This document shows positions 19,735 through 29,941 of a DNA stretch of 55,190 nucleotides, one piece after another. This DNA is from an uncultured Staphylococcaceae bacterium. GTDB taxonomy: Bacteria; Bacillota_I; Bacilli_A; RFN20; CAG-826. The DNA lies in assembly GCA_964416025.1 (NCBI GenBank), contig CAYQCJ010000004.1:1-55190 (forward strand), read 5' to 3'. The position numbers were made by a program, and so were the translations under genes. The notes below the pieces were generated by a model. That model worked only from the letters and a program-made list of their open reading frames with translations, did no database searches and was not told where the DNA came from. How positions within the stretch are numbered: the first letter of the stretch is position 1; each line of letters starts with the position of its first letter.

Positions 19735-20457
19735 TTAGAATTGTTTCTTTTTATATATTCTAATTGATAAGAAATAAAAGAAGATTCCAACAGCAAGAAC
19801 AACCACTGATAAAGGAACCATAACTGCATATGAATAAAGAGCATTGCTTCCATTCATAAATGAAAGTTCGTAACTAAAAACTATTCCACCAATATAAATT
19901 GCGATAATAAAAATAGTAGTAAAAATACTTATTACTCTGGTTTTTACACTGCCTAAAGCCGTAGTAAATAATAAATTTAGAGTTAATAAAAATAATCCAA
20001 AAGATACAAAACCAATAAATGAAGAAATAGCATAATTTACATCAAATACTGGATAACCTTGAACTCCACTAAAGAAACAAGGTAAAAATAAGCAAATAGT
20101 TCCTAAAACAAATGGAACTGCAAAGCTTATTAAACCTAAAACTACTTTAGAATTTACAATTAACTTACGATCAACTCCCGCACTGATAATAAATTTATCA
20201 AAATTACATTTTTCATCTAATTCGTTAGAGATTGGAATAATAATTGAAGAGATAACAAGTAAATAACCTAAGCAAATAAACGATCCGCTATAGATTGCAC
20301 TTCTAATAATTTCTTCATTAGTTAATGTTGCAAAATCTTTATTAGGACTAGTAATAAAAGTAATTAAATAAACAGCAAATAAAAAAACATCAATAAGATA
20401 ATAAAGAATCATGAAATTCTTTAAATTATACAATTCTTTTAAAATTAAGCCTTTCAT
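19735..20457 (-). CDS. ABC-2 type transporter permease (about 6 TM)
   Basis: MKGLILKE start, DEKCNFDKFIIS.GVDRK.IVNSK motif; overlaps the ABC ATPase stop. Confidence 0.85.
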   Translation of the reverse strand: MKGLILKELYNLKNFMILYYLIDVFLFAVYLITFITSPNKDFATLTNEEIIRSAIYSGSFICLGYLLVISSIIIPISNELDEKCNFDKFIISAGVDRKLIVNSKVVLGLISFAVPFVLGTICLFLPCFFSGVQGYPVFDVNYAISSFIGFVSFGLFLLTLNLLFTTALGSVKTRVISIFTTIFIIAIYIGGIVFSYELSFMNGSNALYSYAVMVPLSVVVLAVGIFFYFLSIRIYKKKQF

Positions 20458-21305
20458 AATGTCTTCCCTCTAATCATAAATACCATGATATCTTCAATAC
20501 TTGCTGGCTTAACATTTTCACCAGTAAATACACCCTTTTTAACCAAAATCTCCGTTGAATCCCCAACGGATTTAATTCTAATGAGGTTTTCTTTATCTAA
20601 TTTTGTGACTTCTTCAGTAGAACATGACATAACATCATATAAAGATAAAAGAGTTTTCTTATCTTCGTTAATCATAATTTTTCCATCATGAATAATCACG
20701 ATATGATTACAGATTTTCTCTAAATCACTAATAATGTGACTCGATATTAAAACGCTATGTTCTTTATCTTTAACAAAATCAACTAAGATCTCCATAACAT
20801 CATCTCTAGCCACTGGATCAAGTCCATTCATTGGTTCATCAAGAATTAAAAGTTTTGATTTATGGGAAAAGGCGATTGATAAATTTAATTTAGCTTTCAT
20901 ACCTTTACTTAAATCAGATATTTTCTTATCTTCTGAAATACCAAATCTCTTTAAATAAGAACTGAATATTTCATCAGACCAATTTTTGAATATATTAGCA
21001 AAAACCTTCTTTAATAGTTTAATAGGAAGCTTTTCAGGTAAACAAACTTCATCTAAAACAACACCAATATCTTCTCTTTCGCTTGGAGTTAAATCTTTTA
21101 AAGGCTTACCAAAAACATTAATAGTTCCACTATCAAATTTAATAAGATCAACAATACTCTTCATTGTGGTTGATTTACCAGCTCCATTTTCGCCAATAAA
21201 ACCAACAATACTGCCAGCAGGAATTACAAAAGATACATTTGAAAGAGTAAATTCCTTATACTTTTTCGTAACATCAATTAATTCAATAAAATTTTCATTT
21301 GTCAT
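20454..21305 (-). CDS. ABC exporter ATP-binding protein
   Basis: GENGAGKST, LSKGMK, LDEPMNGLD, SSH. Confidence 0.95.
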   Translation of the reverse strand: MTNENFIELIDVTKKYKEFTLSNVSFVIPAGSIVGFIGENGAGKSTTMKSIVDLIKFDSGTINVFGKPLKDLTPSEREDIGVVLDEVCLPEKLPIKLLKKVFANIFKNWSDEIFSSYLKRFGISEDKKISDLSKGMKAKLNLSIAFSHKSKLLILDEPMNGLDPVARDDVMEILVDFVKDKEHSVLISSHIISDLEKICNHIVIIHDGKIMINEDKKTLLSLYDVMSCSTEEVTKLDKENLIRIKSVGDSTEILVKKGVFTGENVKPASIEDIMVFMIRGKTL

Positions 21306-21349
21306 ATTTTCTATTATATAACAACTACCTTAATTTTAATACATTAATA

Positions 21350-21404
21350 GGAAATTCGTCAAAAATCCCCTGTAAAAACCCCTTATTTTTGGAAATAAGG
21401 GGTT
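21350..21404 (-). repeat. Dispersed G-tract repeat, copy C, with an extra inverted arm forming a hairpin
   Basis: Minus strand AACCCCTTATTT-CCAA-AAATAAGGGGTTTTTACAGGGGATTTTTGACGAATTTCC. Confidence 0.7.
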
Positions 21405-21424
21405 AATTTTAGAATTTAGTAATA

Positions 21425-22825
21425 TTAGAAGAATCTTGAAATTAAGTCTTTAGAATATTCGGCAGTTTCTTCCATATCGCCGAAACTCATTACCTCTCCA
21501 GCATAATATGTATGACGCTCACCTTGTTTGGCTTCGACTTTATCGTACCAACCAGCAGCATAGTCTTCACTATACACATGTGGGCAATAATACCATTCAG
21601 TTTCTTTAAATACTTCTTTAACTTCGACTCCACATAATTTCATATCTTCAATCGTCCAAACTCTACCATCTTCATATTTAATATCTTCATCATCTTTATG
21701 ATTTAATAAAGTATATGTAGTAATAGGTTGAACTTTAATATCAGACCATCTGTGGTAATAAACCATTAAATGACCACGTCTATCTGGAGTCATATTATCA
21801 AAGATATAAGCCGAAATTTGTGGTTCTTGGCCTTCAACTTGTCTTGTAGCCATTGAAACATATCTTTCATGAACAATCTTGGAGAATAATTCTTTTTCTT
21901 CTTTGTCGGCATCAGCAAATTTAGCAAAATAATCTAATGGAGTAGTAACAATTAAATCATCGAATGTATTGGTGTGTTCACCATCTTTATCTTTAATTGT
22001 AACTTTGACATCTTTATCGCTACGCTCAACTTTAATAACTTGAGTATTACAAATTGTTGGTTTATTTAACTTCTTATCAACACCTTGCCATATTGACATA
22101 GTTCCATCTTTCCATGTCCATAATCTCATAGCAACGAATTCTAATGTTGTTTCAACATCGAGATATTTAAGAACATAGGCAGCTGGCATCTCATCAAAGA
22201 AACCATATCCGAAACTTGTAAATGGAGCAATCCAAACTCTCATAACAGGTTCAATTTTATTTAATTTACAGAATTCTGTAAATGGTAAGCATAAATCTCT
22301 TAAATTTGGGTTTTCGCCTTTAATACGTGGCATTTCTTGAGATGAAGGTTGAAGTCCTTCATATTTACCACTAGCAACTCCTCTATGTCCGCAAACATCA
22401 TAACCGGCGTATTTAGTCTTCATCAATTTAGCTAATTTCTTAACACAGTTCTTCATGTGTATTAAGCCAAATACTTTACCATTTAAAATATTCTTTTTTG
22501 GATCAAATGGGAATATCTCTTTACCTTCAGCATTTTTATAAATTCTACCCATTCCTGGACCATCGTGTTTAGTTCCACCAAACATTTCCGCATCATGAGT
22601 TGCGTAATAAGTTTTAGCACCCATAATAGCACCCATTTCAATAGTACGTTTCTCTCCAGTTTTTGGATCCATAACTACAGTTGGAGAATAACATTTTCCA
22701 CCTACATGATCGTCTTTTTCATAAATAGTAACATCTTTGTATCCTTTTTGTTGAAGATACATTGCAGCCATAACACCAGCTGGACCTCCACCAATGATAC
22801 AAATCTTCTTATCTAATTTAGCCAT
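21425..22825 (-). CDS. FAD-dependent polyunsaturated fatty acid (linoleate) isomerase, PAI-like
   Basis: End-to-end recognisable similarity to Cutibacterium acnes PAI: HVGGKC, EMGAIMG, PFTSFGYG..D..PAAYVLKYLD, LWTW.DGT, GHLMVYYHRW, WYY.PHV.SEDY.AGWY.KVE..QG.R.TYYAGE.MSFG. Confidence 0.88.
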   Translation of the reverse strand: MAKLDKKICIIGGGPAGVMAAMYLQQKGYKDVTIYEKDDHVGGKCYSPTVVMDPKTGEKRTIEMGAIMGAKTYYATHDAEMFGGTKHDGPGMGRIYKNAEGKEIFPFDPKKNILNGKVFGLIHMKNCVKKLAKLMKTKYAGYDVCGHRGVASGKYEGLQPSSQEMPRIKGENPNLRDLCLPFTEFCKLNKIEPVMRVWIAPFTSFGYGFFDEMPAAYVLKYLDVETTLEFVAMRLWTWKDGTMSIWQGVDKKLNKPTICNTQVIKVERSDKDVKVTIKDKDGEHTNTFDDLIVTTPLDYFAKFADADKEEKELFSKIVHERYVSMATRQVEGQEPQISAYIFDNMTPDRRGHLMVYYHRWSDIKVQPITTYTLLNHKDDEDIKYEDGRVWTIEDMKLCGVEVKEVFKETEWYYCPHVYSEDYAAGWYDKVEAKQGERHTYYAGEVMSFGDMEETAEYSKDLISRFF

Positions 22826-22960
22826 ATTATTTGGCCTCCTTTTTTGTATACTTTAATTATTATAGGACTTAAAAAATTAGATATAAAGCGAATATTTAAT
22901 TAATTCAGTATTATTTTACTTAAAAGCAAAAAGAGGTTAAAAAGTAATTATTTCTAAAAT

Positions 22961-24613
22961 TTATTTTTCATATTGCAAATCGACACAATAAGATATGATT
23001 TTGTGAACTTTGCTATCCATAGAAGGATTATTAACACCAACAAAATCCAAAAATTTGAATTTAGCATCCCCCTGTAATGAATTATTTTTTATATCAATCC
23101 GTTCTTTTTTAATCCTACTGAGTATTTTTCCTTGATTATCTTTTGAAATCTTTTTTAAAAATTGCATTTTGAATTTTGAAAAATCTAAAATGCTATTAAC
23201 GTTATAGAAAAAGATTTCAAACCATGCATCTATCAAATAATCTAAATCAAATGATGTCAAATCATTTTTTAAATTGTATTCTTCACATGTTGTTTCAGAT
23301 TCATAAAAGTTATCGCCACCGGCAACATTATATATATGCAAAAAATCAACCAGCAATTCTACCAGTTCCGCCCCATCAAAGCAGCCTATATTGTTATGCG
23401 CTTGTTCCTTTAAAGAAGAACTTCCATAACTTAAAGAACTATCATTGACAAAACTGTTAATATTTTTAAATGCAAACTTATTATTAACCAATTTAACGTT
23501 AATGACGTAACAGAAAAAGGTTAGCCAAAAATAAATTAAATAATCTGGATGCTTATCATTATAATGGAAAAATACGTTTTCATCTCTTGCTTTATTTAAA
23601 AACCATACATCGTTATTTAATGTAGAATAAACTAGCATTTTAGTAATAATTGCCAATGACAAATCTCTTGATTTAGAATTTTCAAATAAACACTCACATA
23701 GTCTATAAACAATCAACTCTCCATAACTGTCAGCACAATCTTCCCCTTCAAAAAACTTAGTTATTTTGTTAATAAAAATGATGCTAGTTGTATATTTGCA
23801 TACTATGTTATCAATTTTTAAAGAATCAAGATTTTTTTCATTATCATATTTTCTTAAAAAATAGGAATAATTTTGAAAACCATTTTCTATTATATCAAGG
23901 ATTGAAATATCAAAAAATGAGTTACGATATGGATTTTTAGAACTCTTTATTTCGTTATTCAATAACTTTAAAAAATCATTTTGAAAATCAAATAATTTTA
24001 AAAACAAATAATCTTCTTCCGTGTTATTACTTTTCAAAACCTTATATGTATATTCAATTCCGTTTGTAAAAATCACGTTTTGTATTACTTTTTTTAATAT
24101 AACAAAACTATCATCATTTACATTGTTTGTATAATTTTTTGAATAAATTTTAAATTTATGAGAAATTGTCTGATTAATCCTTTTTTTGTTATACATTAAG
24201 TAAGGGACCTCTTGAACGGAAAACAAGGTAGCATAAAATAATGCTATAAGATCTAATGTAATCATTGAAATTGTCAACTTAAAAATCGAAAAATATGTAT
24301 AAAAAGCAAAAGATAGAATCACTATCAATATCATCGACAAAAAAGAAAAATTAAAATCACTTTTAAGCTTATTAAAATCTACCCTTGATACCCCACATAT
24401 AGTTTCTTTATTAATCGATAAAACTATTGAAATTATAGTTACTATTGCAGGAAGTAAAACCAAAACACCATTCACCTGAAATTCGTTAATACATATTCCT
24501 ATTCTATTAAATTGCTCAAGAAACAAAATGACTATTAATCCTATAAATAATAGTAACTTCAACAAATTGCAAAGGATAGAATGTAAAATAGGTTTTTTCT
24601 TGTTTTTAATCAT
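22961..24613 (-). CDS. Hypothetical protein, N-terminal multi-TM region plus large soluble domain, 550 aa
   Basis: About 4 hydrophobic helices in the first ~140 aa; very AT-rich; family not recognised. Confidence 0.7.
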   Translation of the reverse strand: MIKNKKKPILHSILCNLLKLLLFIGLIVILFLEQFNRIGICINEFQVNGVLVLLPAIVTIISIVLSINKETICGVSRVDFNKLKSDFNFSFLSMILIVILSFAFYTYFSIFKLTISMITLDLIALFYATLFSVQEVPYLMYNKKRINQTISHKFKIYSKNYTNNVNDDSFVILKKVIQNVIFTNGIEYTYKVLKSNNTEEDYLFLKLFDFQNDFLKLLNNEIKSSKNPYRNSFFDISILDIIENGFQNYSYFLRKYDNEKNLDSLKIDNIVCKYTTSIIFINKITKFFEGEDCADSYGELIVYRLCECLFENSKSRDLSLAIITKMLVYSTLNNDVWFLNKARDENVFFHYNDKHPDYLIYFWLTFFCYVINVKLVNNKFAFKNINSFVNDSSLSYGSSSLKEQAHNNIGCFDGAELVELLVDFLHIYNVAGGDNFYESETTCEEYNLKNDLTSFDLDYLIDAWFEIFFYNVNSILDFSKFKMQFLKKISKDNQGKILSRIKKERIDIKNNSLQGDAKFKFLDFVGVNNPSMDSKVHKIISYCVDLQYEK

Positions 24614-24692
24614 AAAAACTCCTTTTTATGTAAATTGGATCTTTTAAAAATTAAAATTAAATGTTCTAAATAATTAAAATATCAATTGTTAT

Positions 24693-24733
24693 AAAAAACG
24701 CTTAACTAATTGGTAAATTCAATTAGTTAAGCG
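24693..24733 (-). terminator. Terminator of the giant lipoprotein gene
   Basis: 14-bp stem cgcttaactaattg/caattagttaagcg with a U-tract on the minus strand. Confidence 0.85.
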
Positions 24734-24818
24734 CCTATAATTAAATTAACTTTATTAAGTTTATTTACTCAAATTTTAATAACCAGTAATGAATAACAAA
24801 CATAGCAATAATTAAAAA

Positions 24819-27800
24819 CTATTCATAAACAATCTCAATAGATGTAATTTTGTTACCTGCAGTAGCTGTAAATGTAACTGATGTTGCATCAACTACAATA
24901 CTAGTATCAGATGAAATAGCTTTATTAGCAGAATCTTTTAATTTAACAGCAGTGCCAACGATTTTAATTGTTTTGATTTTTTTACCATTATTAGCTGTTA
25001 TATTAAGGTTTCCTCCGGTATAGATTCTCCAGTTTGTTCCTGAAACGTAATACTTTGGATCTAAATCACCGCCTTTTGTAGCAGAAACAGTAACGTTATC
25101 ATCTCCAGTTGGCAAATCAGTGACAACCTTAGCGTTAGCCCAATTATTTGCTTTTGCAATATCAGCAACAACTAAATTTAATGTTGTTTCTGTAACAACC
25201 GGTGCACTAATTACAACATGAACAACTAATGAATTATATCCACTCTTTGCAACTGTAACATCAGTTTCGCCAGCAGCAACAGCGTGAATCTTATTATCAA
25301 CAATTGTACAAATTGTTTCGTCTCCAGAAGTCATTGTATAGTCAGGAACAGCAACACTATCACTTGTAATTGTTAATGCTTGATCAGCATCACCAACTGT
25401 AAGAGCAACGCTAGTAGGATCAGAAACCATATCAGTTAAAGTAGCATCAACAACACTTAATGTAAATTCAGCAGATGTATATCCTTCGTAAGTTAATGTT
25501 ATTGTGGCTGTTCCAGCAGTTAATCCAGTAACTAAACCACTTGCATCAATAGAAGCAATAGTTGAACTTTCTTCGCTTACTGCCCAGGTAGCACCTGTAA
25601 CGGATGCTCCTCTTCCATCTAAAGCACTTAATTGAAGAGTTTCGCCCAGTTTAACAGAAGTTGCATCTCCAGCAGCACCAATAACTAATTGTGCTTTTAA
25701 TGGGTCAATAACAGTAATTTCAACTGGAGCACTTGTTAAATCACCATATTTAGCGACAACATTAGCTCTTCCAACTGAAGTTGCACTAACGACATTGCCA
25801 GCAATTGTGGCACCAGTTGTTCCAGCATCACTAACTTCATAAGTTATAGCACTAGCGTCAACTGAACTGTTCCAAGCACCAGTAGATGTAGTACTTAAAG
25901 TAATTGTTTCGTTTAGATCAGCTGTTTTGCCAAGTTGAATGATTGGTTTATCAGCAACACATTTAATTGATTCAGGAGCAATATTTGTCTTTGTGATTGT
26001 AGTTGTTGATAATAACAATAATTGAATAGTAGAATAATTGTTCGAAATAACTGTATTAATTTCAACAAAATCATTTACGGCTAAACCAGTTAAAGCATCT
26101 TTAGAAATATTTGAATTTCTATACATTTTAATTGATTTTCCATCAACTTCTAAAGTGGTCAATCCACTTTTAGTAACATCACTTGTATCAAGTGCGATAA
26201 TTTTAGCTTGAACTTTTACTTTATTACCACTATTTGCAAGCACGAAATTTTCTGTAGCACTAGCATTATCGTTAATGACTGTTTCAGTAACAGTTATTTC
26301 ATCTGTTATTTCTTTAATATATGAAGTGGAAGATTTTACAAGTTCAACAGTACTGTTAAATGTGTCCTTACTAGCATAAACATCGTAAGTTTTTCCTTCT
26401 TCCATACCATGACTACTAATAAACACTAATACACCAGTATTTCCGTTTTGAATATAAGCACTACCAGCATTTTTAACATAAGTACATTTACCTTTGACTC
26501 TAACCATTGTATTGTCAACAACAGTTTTAGCAGCAGCAATTGTGCTTACTTCAATTTCTGTGAAGGTGGCTCCAAAAACATAGGAGTGTCTATCTTCAGT
26601 TGTAAATTTATAAGCAGTTCCAGTAGCTATAATTTCAGTTTCTTCGCCACCATCGACTTTAACCCAAACTTTAGTTAATAAATAACTTTGATCTGGAGTA
26701 GCAGTAATTGTAACTTCACCTACTGCAATATCAGTTCCAGCAACAGGAGAAATTTCAACAGTTCCATTTGTAATCGATGTTGAAACTGAAGTTGTACATT
26801 TTTCAATGTGAGTAGCTGTAATTGTAATTGTATTAGATTTAAGATCACCAATTTGACCATAAACTTTAATTGTTCCGGCCTTGGTAACAGTTAATACTTT
26901 ATCACTAATAGTTCCAGTTCCGGTACTGTTAGCAGTATCAATAACATATTCAAATCCAGTTGTATCTCCATCAGTTGGATTAAATGTTTCACTAAATGTA
27001 ACTTTTTCAGTATCTTCAATTTCAGTCTTATCAGCTGCAATGGTAATTGTTGTAACGGTTGGAAGAACAGCAGTAATACTAACTGGCTCTGAAACGATTG
27101 AGCCAACAGTAGCAATAACATTAATTGTTCCAACTCCAGTAATAGTTAATACATTACTTTCGATAGTTCCAGTTCCGGTACTTCCTTCTTTAATGGAATA
27201 AACAATTCCACTAATATCAGCAAGTTCAGGAGAAGCTTTAGCAGTAAATATAACTTCTTCGTGTAAAGCAGCACTGGCTTTATCACTAGTAATTGATAAA
27301 CCAGTTAATTCAGGAAGAGTTCCAGTAATTTTAATTTCGTTAGAAACGACATCACCAACTTTAGCAACAACATAAACATCACCAGCTCCAGTAATTGTTA
27401 CAGAATTTCCTTCAATTGTTCCTTTTCCAGTACTCTTATCTAAAATAGCTAAAGAAACTTCACTAGCATCGCTAGTTTCTGGAGTAGCTTCATACGTAAA
27501 GTTAAATGTAGTGCCAATGACACCAGTTGAATCAGCAGAAGTTAATTTAAGTTCAAGAGCAGTGACATTTGGTTTCTTAGCAGTAAATTCAATAACATTT
27601 GATTTAATTTCACCAACATTAGCTTGAACTTTAATAGTTCCTTCTTTAGTAATTGTTAATTCATTTTTATTTGTTTCATCAAATGTTCCGGCTCCAGTAC
27701 TATCTTCTAATAAGGAATAAGTAAGTCCTTCTAAGGAAGCAAGTTCAGGGCTTTGAACACTTGTAAATGTTACTTTATTACCAATTCGAGGATCGCTTGA

Positions 27801-29246
27801 AACATCGCTTGATAAAGTAATAGCAGTTAATTTAGGTAAAGCAACTTTAATGGTAACAACATTAGATTCAATAGTACCAACTTTAGCACTAACTAAAATA
27901 TCGCCTTCTCCAGTAACAGTTAATTTATTTCCGTTGATGGTTCCGCTTCCGGAGCTTTTATCTTTTAAAATAGAATAAGTAATTCCACTTAAAGAAGCAT
28001 CTTTAGGTGAAGCAAAACTTGTAAATTCAACAACATCATTAATTACAACATTTGTCTTATTAGCTTCAATATTAATACCAGTTAATGCAGGTAAAGAAGC
28101 AGTAATTGTAACTTCGTTTGAAGTAATATTTTTAACTTTAGCAACAACCTTGATTGTTCCGACTTTAGTAATAGTTAAAACATTTTTATCAAATGTTCCA
28201 TTTCCAGTACTATCACTAGTAACTTCGTATTTAAGACCAATAATACTAGCAATTTCAGGAGTTGGAAGAGCAGTAAATATTACTTCATTTCCAAGGATTG
28301 CTGTTGTTTTATCAGCACGTAATGTTAATGATTTTAAGTTTGGTAAAGAAGCAGTAATTGTTAATTTATTAGAAACAATAGTTCCAACAGTAGCAGTGAC
28401 TACAATAGTTCCTTCTTTAGTAATTTTTAATTTATTATCTTTAATAGTTCCAGCACCTGTTGAACTCTTTTCAATATTATATTTAAGCCCTTCAATACTA
28501 GCAATTTCAGGATTTGGAGTAGCTGTTAAAGTAATCTCATCTCCAATAACACCACCATTACTCGTGGCAGTTAAATTAATTGATTTTAAATTTGGTAATG
28601 AAGCAGTGATAGTGACTTTATTAGAAACAATTGTTCCAACACTAGCACTAACAATAATTGAACCTTTTTTGGTAATAGTTAATTTATTATCTTTAAGAGT
28701 TCCAGCACCAGTTGAATCTTTTTCAATCTTATATGTAAGACCAGTAATTACAGAATTAACTGGAGTTTGTTTTACAGTAAATGTAATAACGTCTCCAATA
28801 ATTCCAGCACTTGCTGAACTAGTTAAGGTTAATGATTTAAGATCTGGAGCGACAACTGAAACACTAATTTCAATCTTGATTCCGCCACCACTTACAGTAA
28901 TTTTTGTTGATCCCGCTTTAAGAGCAGTTAATTTTAAACCATTAACGCTAATGACAGTTGAATCATCAATGGTAATTTTAATTTTGCCATTCTTAATTAA
29001 AGTACTTATATCAAGAACACCACCTAAATCATCAAAACCACTTAAATCAACGCTTCTTTCGTCGCCAATTATCCACTTGGCCTCTAATGAAGTTTTATTA
29101 TTGACTGTTAAACTTCCGAATTTCTCTTCTTCGACTGGTGTTTGTTCTGAAATGATTTCACAGCCAGCTAAGCTACTAACTGCTAATGCACTAAAGAGCA
29201 AAACACTACTCGCCATCACGACTCTTTTAAATTTTCCTTTTGACAT
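24819..29246 (-). CDS. Giant surface lipoprotein, 1475 aa, with ~8 tandem Ig-like (Big_2-type) repeats and OB-fold-like segments
   Basis: Lipobox SLAGC (Cys29); repeats starting PDLKSL/LPNLKS/LPNLKS/LPALTG/LPKLTA/KPNVTA/LPELTG/LPTVTT; STIAAAK...VRVKG...AYIQNGNTGVLVF. Confidence 0.85.
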   Translation of the reverse strand: MSKGKFKRVVMASSVLLFSALAVSSLAGCEIISEQTPVEEEKFGSLTVNNKTSLEAKWIIGDERSVDLSGFDDLGGVLDISTLIKNGKIKITIDDSTVISVNGLKLTALKAGSTKITVSGGGIKIEISVSVVAPDLKSLTLTSSASAGIIGDVITFTVKQTPVNSVITGLTYKIEKDSTGAGTLKDNKLTITKKGSIIVSASVGTIVSNKVTITASLPNLKSINLTATSNGGVIGDEITLTATPNPEIASIEGLKYNIEKSSTGAGTIKDNKLKITKEGTIVVTATVGTIVSNKLTITASLPNLKSLTLRADKTTAILGNEVIFTALPTPEIASIIGLKYEVTSDSTGNGTFDKNVLTITKVGTIKVVAKVKNITSNEVTITASLPALTGINIEANKTNVVINDVVEFTSFASPKDASLSGITYSILKDKSSGSGTINGNKLTVTGEGDILVSAKVGTIESNVVTIKVALPKLTAITLSSDVSSDPRIGNKVTFTSVQSPELASLEGLTYSLLEDSTGAGTFDETNKNELTITKEGTIKVQANVGEIKSNVIEFTAKKPNVTALELKLTSADSTGVIGTTFNFTYEATPETSDASEVSLAILDKSTGKGTIEGNSVTITGAGDVYVVAKVGDVVSNEIKITGTLPELTGLSITSDKASAALHEEVIFTAKASPELADISGIVYSIKEGSTGTGTIESNVLTITGVGTINVIATVGSIVSEPVSITAVLPTVTTITIAADKTEIEDTEKVTFSETFNPTDGDTTGFEYVIDTANSTGTGTISDKVLTVTKAGTIKVYGQIGDLKSNTITITATHIEKCTTSVSTSITNGTVEISPVAGTDIAVGEVTITATPDQSYLLTKVWVKVDGGEETEIIATGTAYKFTTEDRHSYVFGATFTEIEVSTIAAAKTVVDNTMVRVKGKCTYVKNAGSAYIQNGNTGVLVFISSHGMEEGKTYDVYASKDTFNSTVELVKSSTSYIKEITDEITVTETVINDNASATENFVLANSGNKVKVQAKIIALDTSDVTKSGLTTLEVDGKSIKMYRNSNISKDALTGLAVNDFVEINTVISNNYSTIQLLLLSTTTITKTNIAPESIKCVADKPIIQLGKTADLNETITLSTTSTGAWNSSVDASAITYEVSDAGTTGATIAGNVVSATSVGRANVVAKYGDLTSAPVEITVIDPLKAQLVIGAAGDATSVKLGETLQLSALDGRGASVTGATWAVSEESSTIASIDASGLVTGLTAGTATITLTYEGYTSAEFTLSVVDATLTDMVSDPTSVALTVGDADQALTITSDSVAVPDYTMTSGDETICTIVDNKIHAVAAGETDVTVAKSGYNSLVVHVVISAPVVTETTLNLVVADIAKANNWANAKVVTDLPTGDDNVTVSATKGGDLDPKYYVSGTNWRIYTGGNLNITANNGKKIKTIKIVGTAVKLKDSANKAISSDTSIVVDATSVTFTATAGNKITSIEIVYE

Positions 29247-29478
29247 ATTTGTTCCTCCTGTTTAGATATGTTGAAAAAACATCATGTTCGATGTTAAAAA
29301 ATTAATTTAAAAAATTCGTACATTTGTACGATAAGACTTTATTAGCCATAAAAAAAGATCTTTCATCAAGATGAGTATAACAAATTAGATTTTAGGTATC
29401 ATCCCCAAAATGCGTTTTTGTATTAAGTTAATATTAATTTATGCGAAAAACTAAGCAAGTTAATATAAAAATTACATT

Positions 29479-29877
29479 TTATAAATCTTGAAGGTAGTCC
29501 ATTATCTCGTCTTCAGCAACTTTAATCTCGACAACTTTTCCATCCTTTATTTTATATAAAGAAGGAACGAAATAATAATTAACTTCATCTATTTTATCTT
29601 TACCAATTGATTCCTTTACATAGCGAGAAATAAATTTTTCTCTACTTTCGTTTGGTAACATTTCGGTATCTGCAAATAAATCAGCATCTTTTTCGCCATC
29701 CATACAAATAAAATTGATATGTAAATCAGGATTATTCTTAGCAAAACCTAGTACATATTCCCTTATCGCATTGCAGTGTGGGCAATAAGTAAAATATAAA
29801 TAAACGTAATATTCTTTTTCTTTTTGATTAAAGAAATCTTTAACTTCAATATGTTTTAAATCTTTATAATTGAGCAT
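29479..29877 (-). CDS. Thioredoxin-fold protein
   Basis: YFTYCPHC (CxxC) and VPSLY cis-Pro loop. Confidence 0.8.
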   Translation of the reverse strand: MLNYKDLKHIEVKDFFNQKEKEYYVYLYFTYCPHCNAIREYVLGFAKNNPDLHINFICMDGEKDADLFADTEMLPNESREKFISRYVKESIGKDKIDEVNYYFVPSLYKIKDGKVVEIKVAEDEIMDYLQDL

Positions 29878-29941
29878 AATTTTATCTCCTCAATATTAAT
29901 ATAACCAAACGCAAAAATTGAGCAAGTTTAATACTTAAAAA

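Noticed and set aside
28150-29265. 371-aa plus-strand ORF
   Set aside because: Antisense shadow of the repetitive giant lipoprotein, with no RBS or family motif; the same applies to other short antisense ORFs such as 26881-27201, 14703-15089 and 37941-38333
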